IMG/VR virus record: IMGVR_UViG_3300014204_000112
Span: 1-64,000 of that record
Direction: 5' to 3' (one strand)
DNA from: a virus
Lineage: Duplodnaviria > Caudoviricetes
Length of the DNA: 64,000 nt
Positions within the stretch are counted from its first letter, which is position 1; each line of letters begins with the position of its first letter. The notes under the pieces are model-generated. The model saw only the letters and a program-made list of their open reading frames with translations, was not told where the DNA came from and searched no databases. A program made the position numbers and the translations under genes. Below, in pieces: positions 43,301 to 51,428 of the stretch.

Positions 43301-44514
43301 CCACGCTTTTTGACGGGCTTGTTTCGGCAATACCGAACGTTTCTCTTCCTGACCCAGCTAACTTGTTACTGATGATTCAGACCTTTTTGGTTCCAATCCT
43401 ATCCATACTATCCATTCCTAAGGCCTTCAATCCATTACAACCGCCATTAGTATCCCTGGTTATTCCATTGGACCCAATTTTGAAGCCTCTGATCAAGCTG
43501 TTAGTATCCGCTTTGATCGCAGCAATCTTTAAGCTAATGGACGAAGCCAACACGGCTTATATAAATTCTACCGTAAAGAAATCAACTAGGTCAACGACCA
43601 GAGATTCTGTTGTCACGGAAGGCTTATCTGGGTTGATAGGAACGTCGGACGTATTCGGAGTTTCTTCGAGCGATAATGAGACCCTAAAGCAAATATTTTC
43701 AATGGCTTGTGGTTTCGGAACTACTGTGTCAGTCTCGGTTTCCAAACCAGATATGAGTATAGACGGTACTCAATACTCGACCATAATAGGACCGGACGGA
43801 GAACAAACAAAAACAGCAGATCCAGTTTTTACCACGACCATAACCACAGCAGATGGTACAATATTCGTATTGCCAGCTTTACCATTTTTAGCTTTGGACA
43901 TAACAGGATATTTCCATTTGCTTACCGGCAATGACATAATTGAGTTCGTCAGGCAATTGATAAACTCCGTATTCGATATGATAATCGCACCGCTTAAAAT
44001 TGTGGTAGATTTGATTTCGAAACTAGCGCTTTCGTTGAACACGTATAGCTACAACATAATTGAAGCGGCCATACCATTGATCTCGATCATCAAACTAGCA
44101 AAGATGGCAATAGATGCTGCGATACCACCATCCGTAAAGTTAAGAGTCATAAGCCCTGACATGATAAACCTGCTTCAGCTTTCGATAATTCCAGCCCTGG
44201 AAGTGGTCGAACCTGTTCTGAAGGAGATAGCTTGGATAGGAACTACTGCTCTGTGCGCTCTGTCTTCGCCAGTAACTCTATGGAAGACCGTATCGATAGC
44301 TAGGATGGTTCACCCAATCATGAATGCTGACGATCTTCCACCTTGGGAAAGGCTGACTCATAAGAATCCGTTGTTCGCCATCTTCTTGGACGAGATTGCT
44401 TGGCGCGGGTCAATCTATTCTACTGGTTCTCTGATCTTTCAAACGAAAACTCCAGCAGTTCTTCCGTACACACCAACATTTCCTATCATGCATATTAGTC
44501 CCCATTTGACTTAA
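40351..44514 (+). CDS. Large hypothetical protein with hydrophobic Pro/Ile/Leu-rich segments (possibly virion)
   Basis: 1387-aa ORF; ATAGATA late-promoter variant at 40325-40331. Confidence 0.7.
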   Translation: MEAADFKELIRQVRCETTSGLGFTEVDLAQVKACVEQVKPIEVVEYAEPTLNIADSSCIPGATAELQKMLEAQQGQLIIGMKQGILRAKVQELRDNLDTVKQYYDARFNLMSELINLSATGGSGAVNQRIQNLSDLPPLDGGVQNLIKEAFAKISNQLLVNYSNFPTKQIPSRTATITFRLIGLNGVTVKLPNMQTNQLEDTIVKVYDSEYLNVNVFADVSSFGFVNQDPYNPTDNKPLPKEESDYDTLPGLLYNGTPGIDYAGLYRKLSKPFTYLFTLEERGLTLNEGLIDPNLKKIQDAPTSMKEGDVTYYIQSQQTYETFYGNLEQEYPKRVKKEKEEIYPSVCKSSIQSIVELAQREVAEMYRRNPSYETSVALKFYRSSKEEIDKLIKDTDAQLKKLDGLVKENTMDEETIKKKILGIPCFTKAGSIVPETDPSCEGEAKKHLGTDPLYLRTINQSGGDYPDFTTQCYWKEFAKALNRICLLPYPDLSGPPPSNLLFRYWPVNCVIPAGPALVLLTVPPVWKPLFVLPTPLGTLVCFLTMPIAPIGIPLPSIYLFFLAPDGTKYLALAVNLPLLYTNTKNLIFGFELDTSSASQNPLGLSPTNAYRGYPIKGAYLTPLKVSASVAKATRLANLAVTIASGEQPAIENLNGEKLPFNISYEDYANGYLSETEMMLGIVDAVPSKEFDRTVTQMKGQINKQIDKLGDMQTTAVDSLRQKLRNVREAGVTEAEKEKDLATKRMAKRTARALNPITIDEKISSVTDSFNTYIDNIKFGTIRFPKDATKNNPGLPEALTAIFDLITLGSVGDLKIDESAKSLNAQIKKALARINVEALTAKTEFDLDVAEDVAELKSTLTKMVDKCLAYLKGDTVDFDLSTAKTKEEEQEILKSSRAIQEIARDALTFTAVALTNPPKITLFDLSKKCCEVKPVAVFSGVPPLVSMAFTVLSALMQAIIDELSVEAIVGFVGTSSRKIGISFVTTLFDGLVSAIPNVSLPDPANLLLMIQTFLVPILSILSIPKAFNPLQPPLVSLVIPLDPILKPLIKLLVSALIAAIFKLMDEANTAYINSTVKKSTRSTTRDSVVTEGLSGLIGTSDVFGVSSSDNETLKQIFSMACGFGTTVSVSVSKPDMSIDGTQYSTIIGPDGEQTKTADPVFTTTITTADGTIFVLPALPFLALDITGYFHLLTGNDIIEFVRQLINSVFDMIIAPLKIVVDLISKLALSLNTYSYNIIEAAIPLISIIKLAKMAIDAAIPPSVKLRVISPDMINLLQLSIIPALEVVEPVLKEIAWIGTTALCALSSPVTLWKTVSIARMVHPIMNADDLPPWERLTHKNPLFAIFLDEIAWRGSIYSTGSLIFQTKTPAVLPYTPTFPIMHISPHLT

Positions 44515-44529
44515 AATGAACAAATATGA

Positions 44530-44556
44530 AAACTTTGCCAAAAAACTTCCGTATAA
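44530..44556 (+). promoter_or_regulatory. Early/middle promoter AAAC-N17-GTATAA
   Basis: Copy of the motif upstream of the S1 gene. Confidence 0.55.
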
Positions 44557-44590
44557 TTGATTTGAGTTATTCACTTAATAATTAAAAAAG

Positions 44591-45775
44591 ATGAGCGTAA
44601 ATCCAGTAAACTTGTCACCAACTACGGCTGACATTCTTAATCAACCTACCTCCAAGTATAACGAAACGATCAAGTTAGCCTCGACCGATCGCAAATCCCG
44701 AGTAAAAATCTTTTGCAAAGAGCAGTACGCTCAAGAACTGTACGATCTGTACCTCAATAACGAGGTGACCAATGAGATCGGTTCGAAAGATTTTAGCGAG
44801 GGCCAGATTTGTACGGTTATTGCTAAGTCAATCGATTTCAATGAGAAGATCATTATCGCGGAGGAAAAGTATTCAAAATCCAGCGTTATCGTAGCCTTCC
44901 GGGAATTTTCCGACGACCCAGCATCCTTAGTTGAAAATGAGGCTGCCAGAGAATTCAAGGTCATGATCACCAAGGCGAATTCCGGAGATTATTACGGCTC
45001 CGAAAAGGAAACCGCAACCATTACTAACCGTGAGAACTTGAATGAGTTCATGCGCACGGACAAGTGGTTCACAGTTAAAGTCACCAGCTTGGTTAAGGGT
45101 GGGTACTTGGCTCTGTACAAAGGAACGATCAAATGCTTCCTTCCTGGTTCACACGCTGCCGCCAACGTCATTCGCGATTTCAATGATTACTTGAATAAGG
45201 ACATTCCAGTAATGATTGAGAATTACGATTCAACCAACGCTCTGTACATCGTTTCTTACAAGAAGTACGTCAAACAGACCATGTCACAGAGGGTTCACGA
45301 ATTGGAATTCGGAAAGAAATACACCGGAATCCTTACGAACGACCCGTATCCATTTGGTATCTTTATCGAACTCGATGGTTACTTCACCGGCCTAATGCAT
45401 CAGACCGAATTCGAGGATTATGCAGCTTTCTGCCAGAACCTCAGGTCCGGCCAGGAATTGGAATTCTACGTGAAGGACATCGCAATCAAGAAGGGAGATC
45501 CACGAATCATTTTGACCGACACCCTTGAAAAAGTAGATCCCGACAAGTTAGCTTGGCAGGAGTTCAAGAAACGTATCGAAGGAAAAACCCTGAAGTACAT
45601 TTTGGATAAGAACGACTTCCATATCGAGGTCGACATGCCGGACGAAGACTCAACCTTCCGGACTGACGTAAGTCATCTTAAAGGCAAGATCCGTATCCCT
45701 AACAACGGAAACGTAACGATCCAGAGGGTCGACATTATTCGCAAAAATTTGAAGCTCGACTTTATCAATTTATAA
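44591..45775 (+). CDS. Ribosomal protein S1-like multi-S1-domain protein
   Basis: KVTSLVKGGY..CFLPGSH..IVSYKKY and FGIFIELDGYFTGLMHQTEF are S1 repeats. Confidence 0.85.
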   Translation: MSVNPVNLSPTTADILNQPTSKYNETIKLASTDRKSRVKIFCKEQYAQELYDLYLNNEVTNEIGSKDFSEGQICTVIAKSIDFNEKIIIAEEKYSKSSVIVAFREFSDDPASLVENEAAREFKVMITKANSGDYYGSEKETATITNRENLNEFMRTDKWFTVKVTSLVKGGYLALYKGTIKCFLPGSHAAANVIRDFNDYLNKDIPVMIENYDSTNALYIVSYKKYVKQTMSQRVHELEFGKKYTGILTNDPYPFGIFIELDGYFTGLMHQTEFEDYAAFCQNLRSGQELEFYVKDIAIKKGDPRIILTDTLEKVDPDKLAWQEFKKRIEGKTLKYILDKNDFHIEVDMPDEDSTFRTDVSHLKGKIRIPNNGNVTIQRVDIIRKNLKLDFINL

Positions 45776-45790
45776 GTGCCGCGATAAATA

Positions 45791-45953
45791 ACTTAAAGGT
45801 ATGAGTCAACCCTTAAGTGGAATTGTTTGTTGATGACCTAGTATAGCAGTCAATTTAGTATTTTCAGCTTAACTATTATCAAAAACCTAGCGCTCATATC
45901 CAATTGAATACTTTAGGCCTAGGGAAGGAGGGAGAAATCCCTCCTTTCTTTTT
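45791..45953 (+). ncRNA. Candidate late small RNA
   Basis: Bounded by ATAAATA (45784-45790) and a terminator; only a 10-codon ATG-initiated ORF; ends are self-complementary. Confidence 0.4.
45924..45953 (+). terminator. Intrinsic terminator
   Basis: GAAGGAGGGA-GAAA-TCCCTCCTTTC followed by TTTTT. Confidence 0.85.
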
Positions 45954-45984
45954 AATAAATAACCCTAGTAAAAAGTCTAACCCA

Positions 45985-46551
45985 ATGGAAATACTGAAAT
46001 TTGATCAATTTAGAACAAAATTGATTCTTGAAGCGGCCAGAGATGATCCAGCAGCAATGGCAGCAGGAGCACCACCTCCACCTGCTTCTCCAGCAACTGA
46101 TACTCCACCGCCTCCGCCACCACCAGCTTCAGACTTGGGAACAACTCCTTCAACATTACCACCAGATCCAAATGCACCGCCTCCTGGTCCGGAAGAACCT
46201 GCCGACCTGAAATTTGTTTTCATTCAAGACGCCGCTCAGAAAAAATGGTATGGAACTCACGATAAGGATGGTGGAGTAAAGAGATTCACAATCTATTCAG
46301 TTACTAAAGAGGACCTGGATAAATGGCTTACCACCCATAAGGACGACGAAAATAAGGAAATTGTAACAGCAGCATTGAGTGGAAAGCGTCCGATGCCATC
46401 ATCAGTGTATTCAGATTTCAAATGTGAAGTTACGAATGGAACGTTGGGTTCTGACAAGGGCACGATCGACATCACATTCGATTCCGAAACGGATTTCGAA
46501 AATCCTGCTACTGAAGATCTGTCTGTGGTATTTCTAAAATCAGGAAAATGA
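45985..46551 (+). CDS. Pro-rich hypothetical protein, possible head internal protein
   Basis: Start reassigned to ATG 45985, downstream of the terminator and of the late promoter at 45955-45961; N-terminus MEILKFDQF...ILE. Confidence 0.7.
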   Translation: MEILKFDQFRTKLILEAARDDPAAMAAGAPPPPASPATDTPPPPPPPASDLGTTPSTLPPDPNAPPPGPEEPADLKFVFIQDAAQKKWYGTHDKDGGVKRFTIYSVTKEDLDKWLTTHKDDENKEIVTAALSGKRPMPSSVYSDFKCEVTNGTLGSDKGTIDITFDSETDFENPATEDLSVVFLKSGK

Positions 46552-47273
46552 TAAACGATTTTTTGAGGTTCGTTTACGAGTCAAAGTACGATTCTTTCGC
46601 TGAAAAGATAGCGGCTGATGTCATGCAGCTAGTATCGCAAGGTACGGATGGCACGACAAAAAAGAGAATCAACAAGACTATGGAATTCATCGATCTTGCG
46701 AACTTCTCGTTAGTTCTTTCGATCGTTAGGAGCTCCGTGTTCGAACCGGCAAAAAGAACCAATTTCAAGAGCTTACCCTGGGAGAGCATAAATTTCAAGC
46801 ATAATGGATTCGCATTAGACGCAAATTCGTTCATCCCAAAGGACGGAGAGGATCCAGAGATAGTCCTGAACGTAGTTATCAATCCAGAAACTGAACCAGA
46901 ATGCCATGATAAGCTCTATTACAAACTCTTAGACTCAATACGTCACGAACTGGAACACGTTCTGCAAAAAGGAACCAACGTCCAGTACACTCATTCTGGC
47001 AGGGAAGTCGATAAGAATCGAAAGGAATCGGAAGATTCTTACAAATATTTTTTACTTCCTGACGAAATGCCAGCAATGGTGTCAGGGATGAGACTTGCAT
47101 CCATAAAAAAGGGAATTCCAATTGACCAAGAGTTCCAGGAGTATTTGGCACCAATACTTTCGACAGGTTTCATAACTCACGAGGAATTCGAAAAAGTAAT
47201 GAGTGCTTGGGTAAAATTCACAATCCGCCATTTTCCTGACACTCAAATAAGTAAAAAGTACCGATTTCGTTAA
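46548..47273 (+). CDS. Putative zinc metallopeptidase-like protein (HExxH)
   Basis: IRHELEHVLQ plus downstream YFLLPDEMPA. Confidence 0.6.
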   Translation: MINDFLRFVYESKYDSFAEKIAADVMQLVSQGTDGTTKKRINKTMEFIDLANFSLVLSIVRSSVFEPAKRTNFKSLPWESINFKHNGFALDANSFIPKDGEDPEIVLNVVINPETEPECHDKLYYKLLDSIRHELEHVLQKGTNVQYTHSGREVDKNRKESEDSYKYFLLPDEMPAMVSGMRLASIKKGIPIDQEFQEYLAPILSTGFITHEEFEKVMSAWVKFTIRHFPDTQISKKYRFR

Positions 47274-47298
47274 AACCGATCACTGTCCACCTATATAA
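47273..47298 (+). promoter_or_regulatory. Early/middle promoter AAAC-N16-ATATAA
   Basis: Motif copy upstream of 47321. Confidence 0.6.
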
Positions 47299-47320
47299 GA
47301 CAACAAAAATAACATTTATC

Positions 47321-47509
47321 ATGGCAAACACTTGGTTAGACAATCTGAAATCCGCGCTAAGCGAACTTGAAGTCGAGTATGCAAAATTCAGTGAAAAGGG
47401 TAACAACTCAGCAGGAACACGCGCTCGTAAACTTTTACAGGACATTAAGCTTGCTGCACAGGAAGGTCGTAACGACATCCAGGACACTAAGGCTGCTGCT
47501 AAGAAATAA
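47321..47509 (+). CDS. Histone H1-like nucleoid protein (Hc1 family)
   Basis: KFSEKGNNSAGTRARKLLQDIK matches the Hc1 KGNKAAGTRARK motif. Confidence 0.85.
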   Translation: MANTWLDNLKSALSELEVEYAKFSEKGNNSAGTRARKLLQDIKLAAQEGRNDIQDTKAAAKK

Positions 47510-47538
47510 GTAGGCACCTATCTCCTTTCTTTAATCAG

Positions 47539-47573
47539 AAAAGGGCGAGAGTGAAAACTTTAGCCCTTTTTTT
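47539..47573 (+). terminator. Intrinsic terminator
   Basis: AAAAGGGCGAGAGT-GAAA-ACTTTAGCCCTTTTTTT. Confidence 0.8.
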
Positions 47574-47576
47574 GTG

Positions 47577-47602
47577 AAACTTTTTTGAGCCCAGTTGTAC
47601 AA
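47577..47602 (+). promoter_or_regulatory. Early/middle promoter AAAC-N16-GTACAA
   Basis: Motif copy upstream of the SSB gene. Confidence 0.65.
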
Positions 47603-47643
47603 TTTTATATCTAAAAGTCTCTAAAAAATAATCATTACGAACA

Positions 47644-48747
47644 ATGGAAGACCTTTTTAACCTTAATCCTGACGATTTCACCGGAAAAGCTGGTGGAACA
47701 AGAAAAGTCGACGAAAACCTTTACAATCCAGGCCCTGACCAAGGTCAGAATGGCATTTACAAAGCTATCATTCGATTCGTGCCTTGGGCACAAGATCCTA
47801 AGCAGAGCAAGTACAAGAAATACTCTGCGAAGCTGGTTAATCCGTTAACGAACGAACGTCTCTTCATTGACTGTCCTTCTACTACCGGCGCACCATCAAT
47901 TCTTTGGTCGCTTGATACCGAACTGAAAAATCTGAAGGAATCAGAACCTCAGACCGTTGAAGAAATCAAGAAATACTTCAACCGGTTCTACAATTACTAC
48001 TCTTGCATTTACATCAAGAGAGATCCGCAGTTCCCAAACCTAGAAGGACAAATCAAGGTTTACTCTTACGGCTACGGCATTGACAACCTCATTCAACAAG
48101 AAATCAATCCGGAATCGGAAATCGTGACCGTGAAGAAAATCAATCCGTTCTCTCTTACCGAAGGTAAGGATTTCGTTCTTGTAGTAAAACGCAAGACCAA
48201 ATCATGGAGAGATTACAGTGCTAGCAAGTTCATGAATGAAGTTAGTCCTCTCATCATTTCACACAATGGCAAGGAAATCCCGGTTTCTACCGAGCCTAAG
48301 GTTGCAAAATTCGCAACTGAATTCCTTAGGGCAAATTCACCGGACCTCAGCCAGTACTTCCTGAAGAAATGGACAGAAGAAGAATACGTCAAGATCGCAG
48401 AATTCATCAAGGCAATCGTTCCTTACAAGCAGATCATTGACAATTTGACTGCCAACCTAAAGGACGAGAAGATGAAGAAACTCTTCACTAGCTCCAAGAC
48501 CATCACGCGTAACAGCGCACCAGCAGGCGAATCTCTTGAATTCACCCCGGCTCCAGCCAATCAACAGAAAAGCGAAGCCTTATCGATCGAGATAGACGAA
48601 CCAGGCAATGAACAACCTCCAGTTTCTAACGATCCACTCGATGAGATCGAAAATGAAGCTCCTCAGTCCGAAGCTCCAGCTCCTCCTGCTAACACAGGTA
48701 AAGGAAAGAAGAACGACGAACTGAACGACCTCTTCAAAGACCTATAA
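47644..48747 (+). CDS. Single-stranded DNA-binding protein (T4 gp32-like)
   Basis: AIIRFVP, DCPST, DPQFPNLEGQIKVYSYG, NPFSLTEGKDF and an acidic C-tail. Confidence 0.88.
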   Translation: MEDLFNLNPDDFTGKAGGTRKVDENLYNPGPDQGQNGIYKAIIRFVPWAQDPKQSKYKKYSAKLVNPLTNERLFIDCPSTTGAPSILWSLDTELKNLKESEPQTVEEIKKYFNRFYNYYSCIYIKRDPQFPNLEGQIKVYSYGYGIDNLIQQEINPESEIVTVKKINPFSLTEGKDFVLVVKRKTKSWRDYSASKFMNEVSPLIISHNGKEIPVSTEPKVAKFATEFLRANSPDLSQYFLKKWTEEEYVKIAEFIKAIVPYKQIIDNLTANLKDEKMKKLFTSSKTITRNSAPAGESLEFTPAPANQQKSEALSIEIDEPGNEQPPVSNDPLDEIENEAPQSEAPAPPANTGKGKKNDELNDLFKDL

Positions 48748-48763
48748 AAATATCAGTTTACGG

Positions 48764-49144
48764 ATGGAAGAAAACCTCAATAAGGCTGAAGCAGCTGTCC
48801 CTTCTAACGAGGGGACAGCTCCAACAGCTGAGAACAAACAGCCCGTGACCACTCTTTTGGGGTCTATTAGCTACAGCAGCGAAGCAGATTACGAAGCATT
48901 CCTTAACGGATTGACTTTGGAACATGCAGTCGTTATCTTGATTGCTTCCGCGAATTATGCACAAGCCAAGGGAGCATTCAGCCTGAGTGAAGCAGAACTT
49001 ATCAACAAAGCTATCAAAAGGATACGCCCTGCACGGAAAGCTGAGCAACCTGCTCCAACTTCGGAACCGACAGCACAGCCTGAAACGGTGCCAGCAGAAC
49101 CTGAACAAATTGAACAGCCACCTTTAGACGAAAATCAGTCATGA
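48764..49144 (+). CDS. Hypothetical protein
   Basis: 126-aa ORF in the operon. Confidence 0.7.
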   Translation: MEENLNKAEAAVPSNEGTAPTAENKQPVTTLLGSISYSSEADYEAFLNGLTLEHAVVILIASANYAQAKGAFSLSEAELINKAIKRIRPARKAEQPAPTSEPTAQPETVPAEPEQIEQPPLDENQS

Positions 49145-50250
49145 ACATAGTTATCGACGGTAACGCATTCTTAAACGTATCAACGAGCATTGTCAAGAAT
49201 ATACTTGCAAACGATAAATCAGTAGGGGAGAAGTATTACGTTAACGACTTACTGTCGGACGATAAGTTCATGCTCAAACAGGCGAGCAAGGACCAATTCA
49301 GGAAATTCTCCTTAAATTACTTGGGAAGCATTTTCGCCCCATTCAAAGAGAACATCAGTTCGGTTTTTATTGTATTCGACTCCAGAAGCTGGAGAAAGCA
49401 ATTCATTAAGGACCATTTTGATGAACACGGTGAGGGCGATTTTGCGTATAAGGGCTCGCGTAAGTACGATGATAAATCCTACTTGTTCTTTGAGTACTTT
49501 CAGAACGAACTTCTTCCGGATTTGGTAGAAGAGTACGGTGTGATTACTGCAAGAGTTCATGGGGCAGAAGGAGACGATTTAATCGCTTACTTATGCGAGA
49601 ATGTGAAGGAAGACATCTGCATTTGGTCTGTCGACAAGGACATGACTCAACTTCTTGAAACAGGAGAGCGCAAGGTCATCCTTCTCATGCCAAAACAGCA
49701 AACGAAATTCAAAAAGATCTACACAACTACTGATTTCGATAACATCGAGAAGAAGGACGTAGATCTTTTCAACATGGAACTCGATTCAATCGATAATTCT
49801 GCCGTCATAAACGTTCTGAACGACTTGATCACCAAGGACTACAAGCATTTTCGTATCGATCCAGCTGAGGATATTTTGCTGAAAATCCTGGCAGGAGACT
49901 CTTCTGATACTATCCCACGAGTCCATCCTCGATTGACTCCAGGAAAAGTTGCGAAAACAGTTGAGCTTATCCGTGAAACCGTTGACTGGAACGATATAAA
50001 AAACCTAGTTGATATGGGTGATCCTGAGTTCATGACATTCATGAATAAGGTAATATGTGACGTTCTGAAGATAAGCGATCCTGGTGAATCTCTGACGATT
50101 CAGAATAACGTGAGCCGTAATCGTAGACTTATCAGATTGAGCACCAAGGTATTTCCACCAGAAATATTGGAAGCAATCACCGGATCAATGAACCTTAACG
50201 AACGCAGAAGATTCAATTACTTCAAGTTCAAAAAAAATTACAAGTCCTAA
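49141..50250 (+). CDS. 5'-3' exonuclease / T4 RNase H-like
   Basis: IDGN, FDSRSWRK, YKGSRK, EGDDLI, DKDMTQL and GDSSDTIP. Confidence 0.9.
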   Translation: MNIVIDGNAFLNVSTSIVKNILANDKSVGEKYYVNDLLSDDKFMLKQASKDQFRKFSLNYLGSIFAPFKENISSVFIVFDSRSWRKQFIKDHFDEHGEGDFAYKGSRKYDDKSYLFFEYFQNELLPDLVEEYGVITARVHGAEGDDLIAYLCENVKEDICIWSVDKDMTQLLETGERKVILLMPKQQTKFKKIYTTTDFDNIEKKDVDLFNMELDSIDNSAVINVLNDLITKDYKHFRIDPAEDILLKILAGDSSDTIPRVHPRLTPGKVAKTVELIRETVDWNDIKNLVDMGDPEFMTFMNKVICDVLKISDPGESLTIQNNVSRNRRLIRLSTKVFPPEILEAITGSMNLNERRRFNYFKFKKNYKS

Positions 50251-50573
50251 TGATAGAAATTCACGGGTTCATCCCATTATTCGAAAGAGTTCTCATCAAG
50301 CCAGACGAGCCTGAAAAATTAACGGAAACCGGCATCATTCTTCCGGCTTCTTCCATAAAAAGACCGAATACTGGAATTGTCATGGCAATAGGGCATTTGG
50401 TTGGCCAGTCTAAGGCTCCAATCAATATCGGAGATCACGTTCTTTACTTGAGATATTCAGGTTTTGATACGGTGATAAACGGTGAGACCTATCACCTTGT
50501 CATGGTAAATGACTTAGTCGGAATTATAGATAACTCAGGTAGCAATACCTTCGAGTTAAAAGACTACAGTTAA
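50250..50573 (+). CDS. groES: Co-chaperonin GroES
   Basis: PLFERVLIKP..TETGIILP..GIVMAIG..GDHVLY..YSG. Confidence 0.93.
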   Translation: MIEIHGFIPLFERVLIKPDEPEKLTETGIILPASSIKRPNTGIVMAIGHLVGQSKAPINIGDHVLYLRYSGFDTVINGETYHLVMVNDLVGIIDNSGSNTFELKDYS

Positions 50574-51268
50574 TGGAAAAGATCGTACATGACTTCAGAA
50601 CTTACCTATTGAACGAATCCAAGGAGGAATCCGGTGGAATTCGTTTGTTTTGCGACATGGACGGAGTCCTAACGGACTTCGATCGTGGGTTCAAAAGATT
50701 AAAGGCCAACGAAGATCACCTTAAGCCAAAGGAATACGAGAAGAAGCATGGAAAGAATTCAATCTGGCCGTTAATTGATCATCGCGGAATAAAATTTTGG
50801 AAGCGTTTGCCGTGGAAAAGCGATGGCAGAGAGCTTTGGGATTACATTCACAGGTACTCGCCAGTCATTCTTTCGGCTCCAAGCAGAAGTCCAGATTCAG
50901 TCAAAGGGAAACTTTATTGGTTGAAGCTTAACCTTGGAATCAATGAGAAGCACCCAGCTCGAAAATTCGAAGAATGGGATGGCACGCAGAAGGTAATACT
51001 GACTGCAGATAAGGGAGCTTTTGCTGAATCCAAGAACGACATTCTAATTGACGATCGTAGGCCGAACATCGACAAATGGACGGAGGCCGGCGGAACCGGA
51101 ATCCTTCATAACGATTCAACTGATACCGTCCGTATCCTGGAAGGTATAATTTCAAAACTAAAGGGCGAGCCGGACGACGATAAAGAACCGGCAGAAAAGA
51201 TTGAACCTAAAAACACGGAGCAGAACGAACAGCCCGAAGATACACAAAACCAAGATCAAGGAGCATAA
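50573..51268 (+). CDS. HAD-family 5'(3')-deoxyribonucleotidase
   Basis: FCDMDGVLTDF and ILIDDR..NI..W..AGG.GILH. Confidence 0.88.
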   Translation: MEKIVHDFRTYLLNESKEESGGIRLFCDMDGVLTDFDRGFKRLKANEDHLKPKEYEKKHGKNSIWPLIDHRGIKFWKRLPWKSDGRELWDYIHRYSPVILSAPSRSPDSVKGKLYWLKLNLGINEKHPARKFEEWDGTQKVILTADKGAFAESKNDILIDDRRPNIDKWTEAGGTGILHNDSTDTVRILEGIISKLKGEPDDDKEPAEKIEPKNTEQNEQPEDTQNQDQGA

Positions 51269-51295
51269 GTTCTCGGACTTAAACCGAGTGGTGGA

Positions 51296-51374
51296 GTTGA
51301 CCAGATGGAATATTGGCTTGGAAGCAACCATCTATCTAAGGAGTGCGTAACTGCTCACCATCGAATCGGTCAGC
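51296..51374 (+). ncRNA. Standalone mimic of the 23S rRNA GTPase-associated centre (H42-H44, L10/L11-binding domain)
   Basis: GATGGAATATTGGCTTGGAAGCAACCATCTATCTAAGGAGTGCGTAACTGCTCACCATC aligns almost base-for-base with the recalled 23S nt 1051-1108; closing helices GATGG/CCATC and GTTGACC/GGTCAGC. Confidence 0.85.
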
Positions 51375-51381
51375 CTAAAAT

Positions 51382-51411
51382 GAAAAAGGGACTCAATTGA
51401 GTCCCTTTTTC
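51382..51411. terminator. Bidirectional terminator between convergent units
   Basis: Perfect 30-bp palindrome GAAAAAGGGACTCAATTGAGTCCCTTTTTC. Confidence 0.9.
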
Positions 51412-51428
51412 TATTGACAAAGTCTGGG

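Noticed and set aside
45801-45872. Selenocysteine or readthrough peptide (TGT TGA TGA) or a tmRNA tag
   Set aside because: Product would be tiny; no recognisable SECIS or tRNA-like domain.
51296-51374. A genuine rRNA gene or a tRNA
   Set aside because: Similarity is limited to ~80 nt flanked by phage genes; there is no cloverleaf, TTC loop or CCA end. No tRNAs were recognised in the window.
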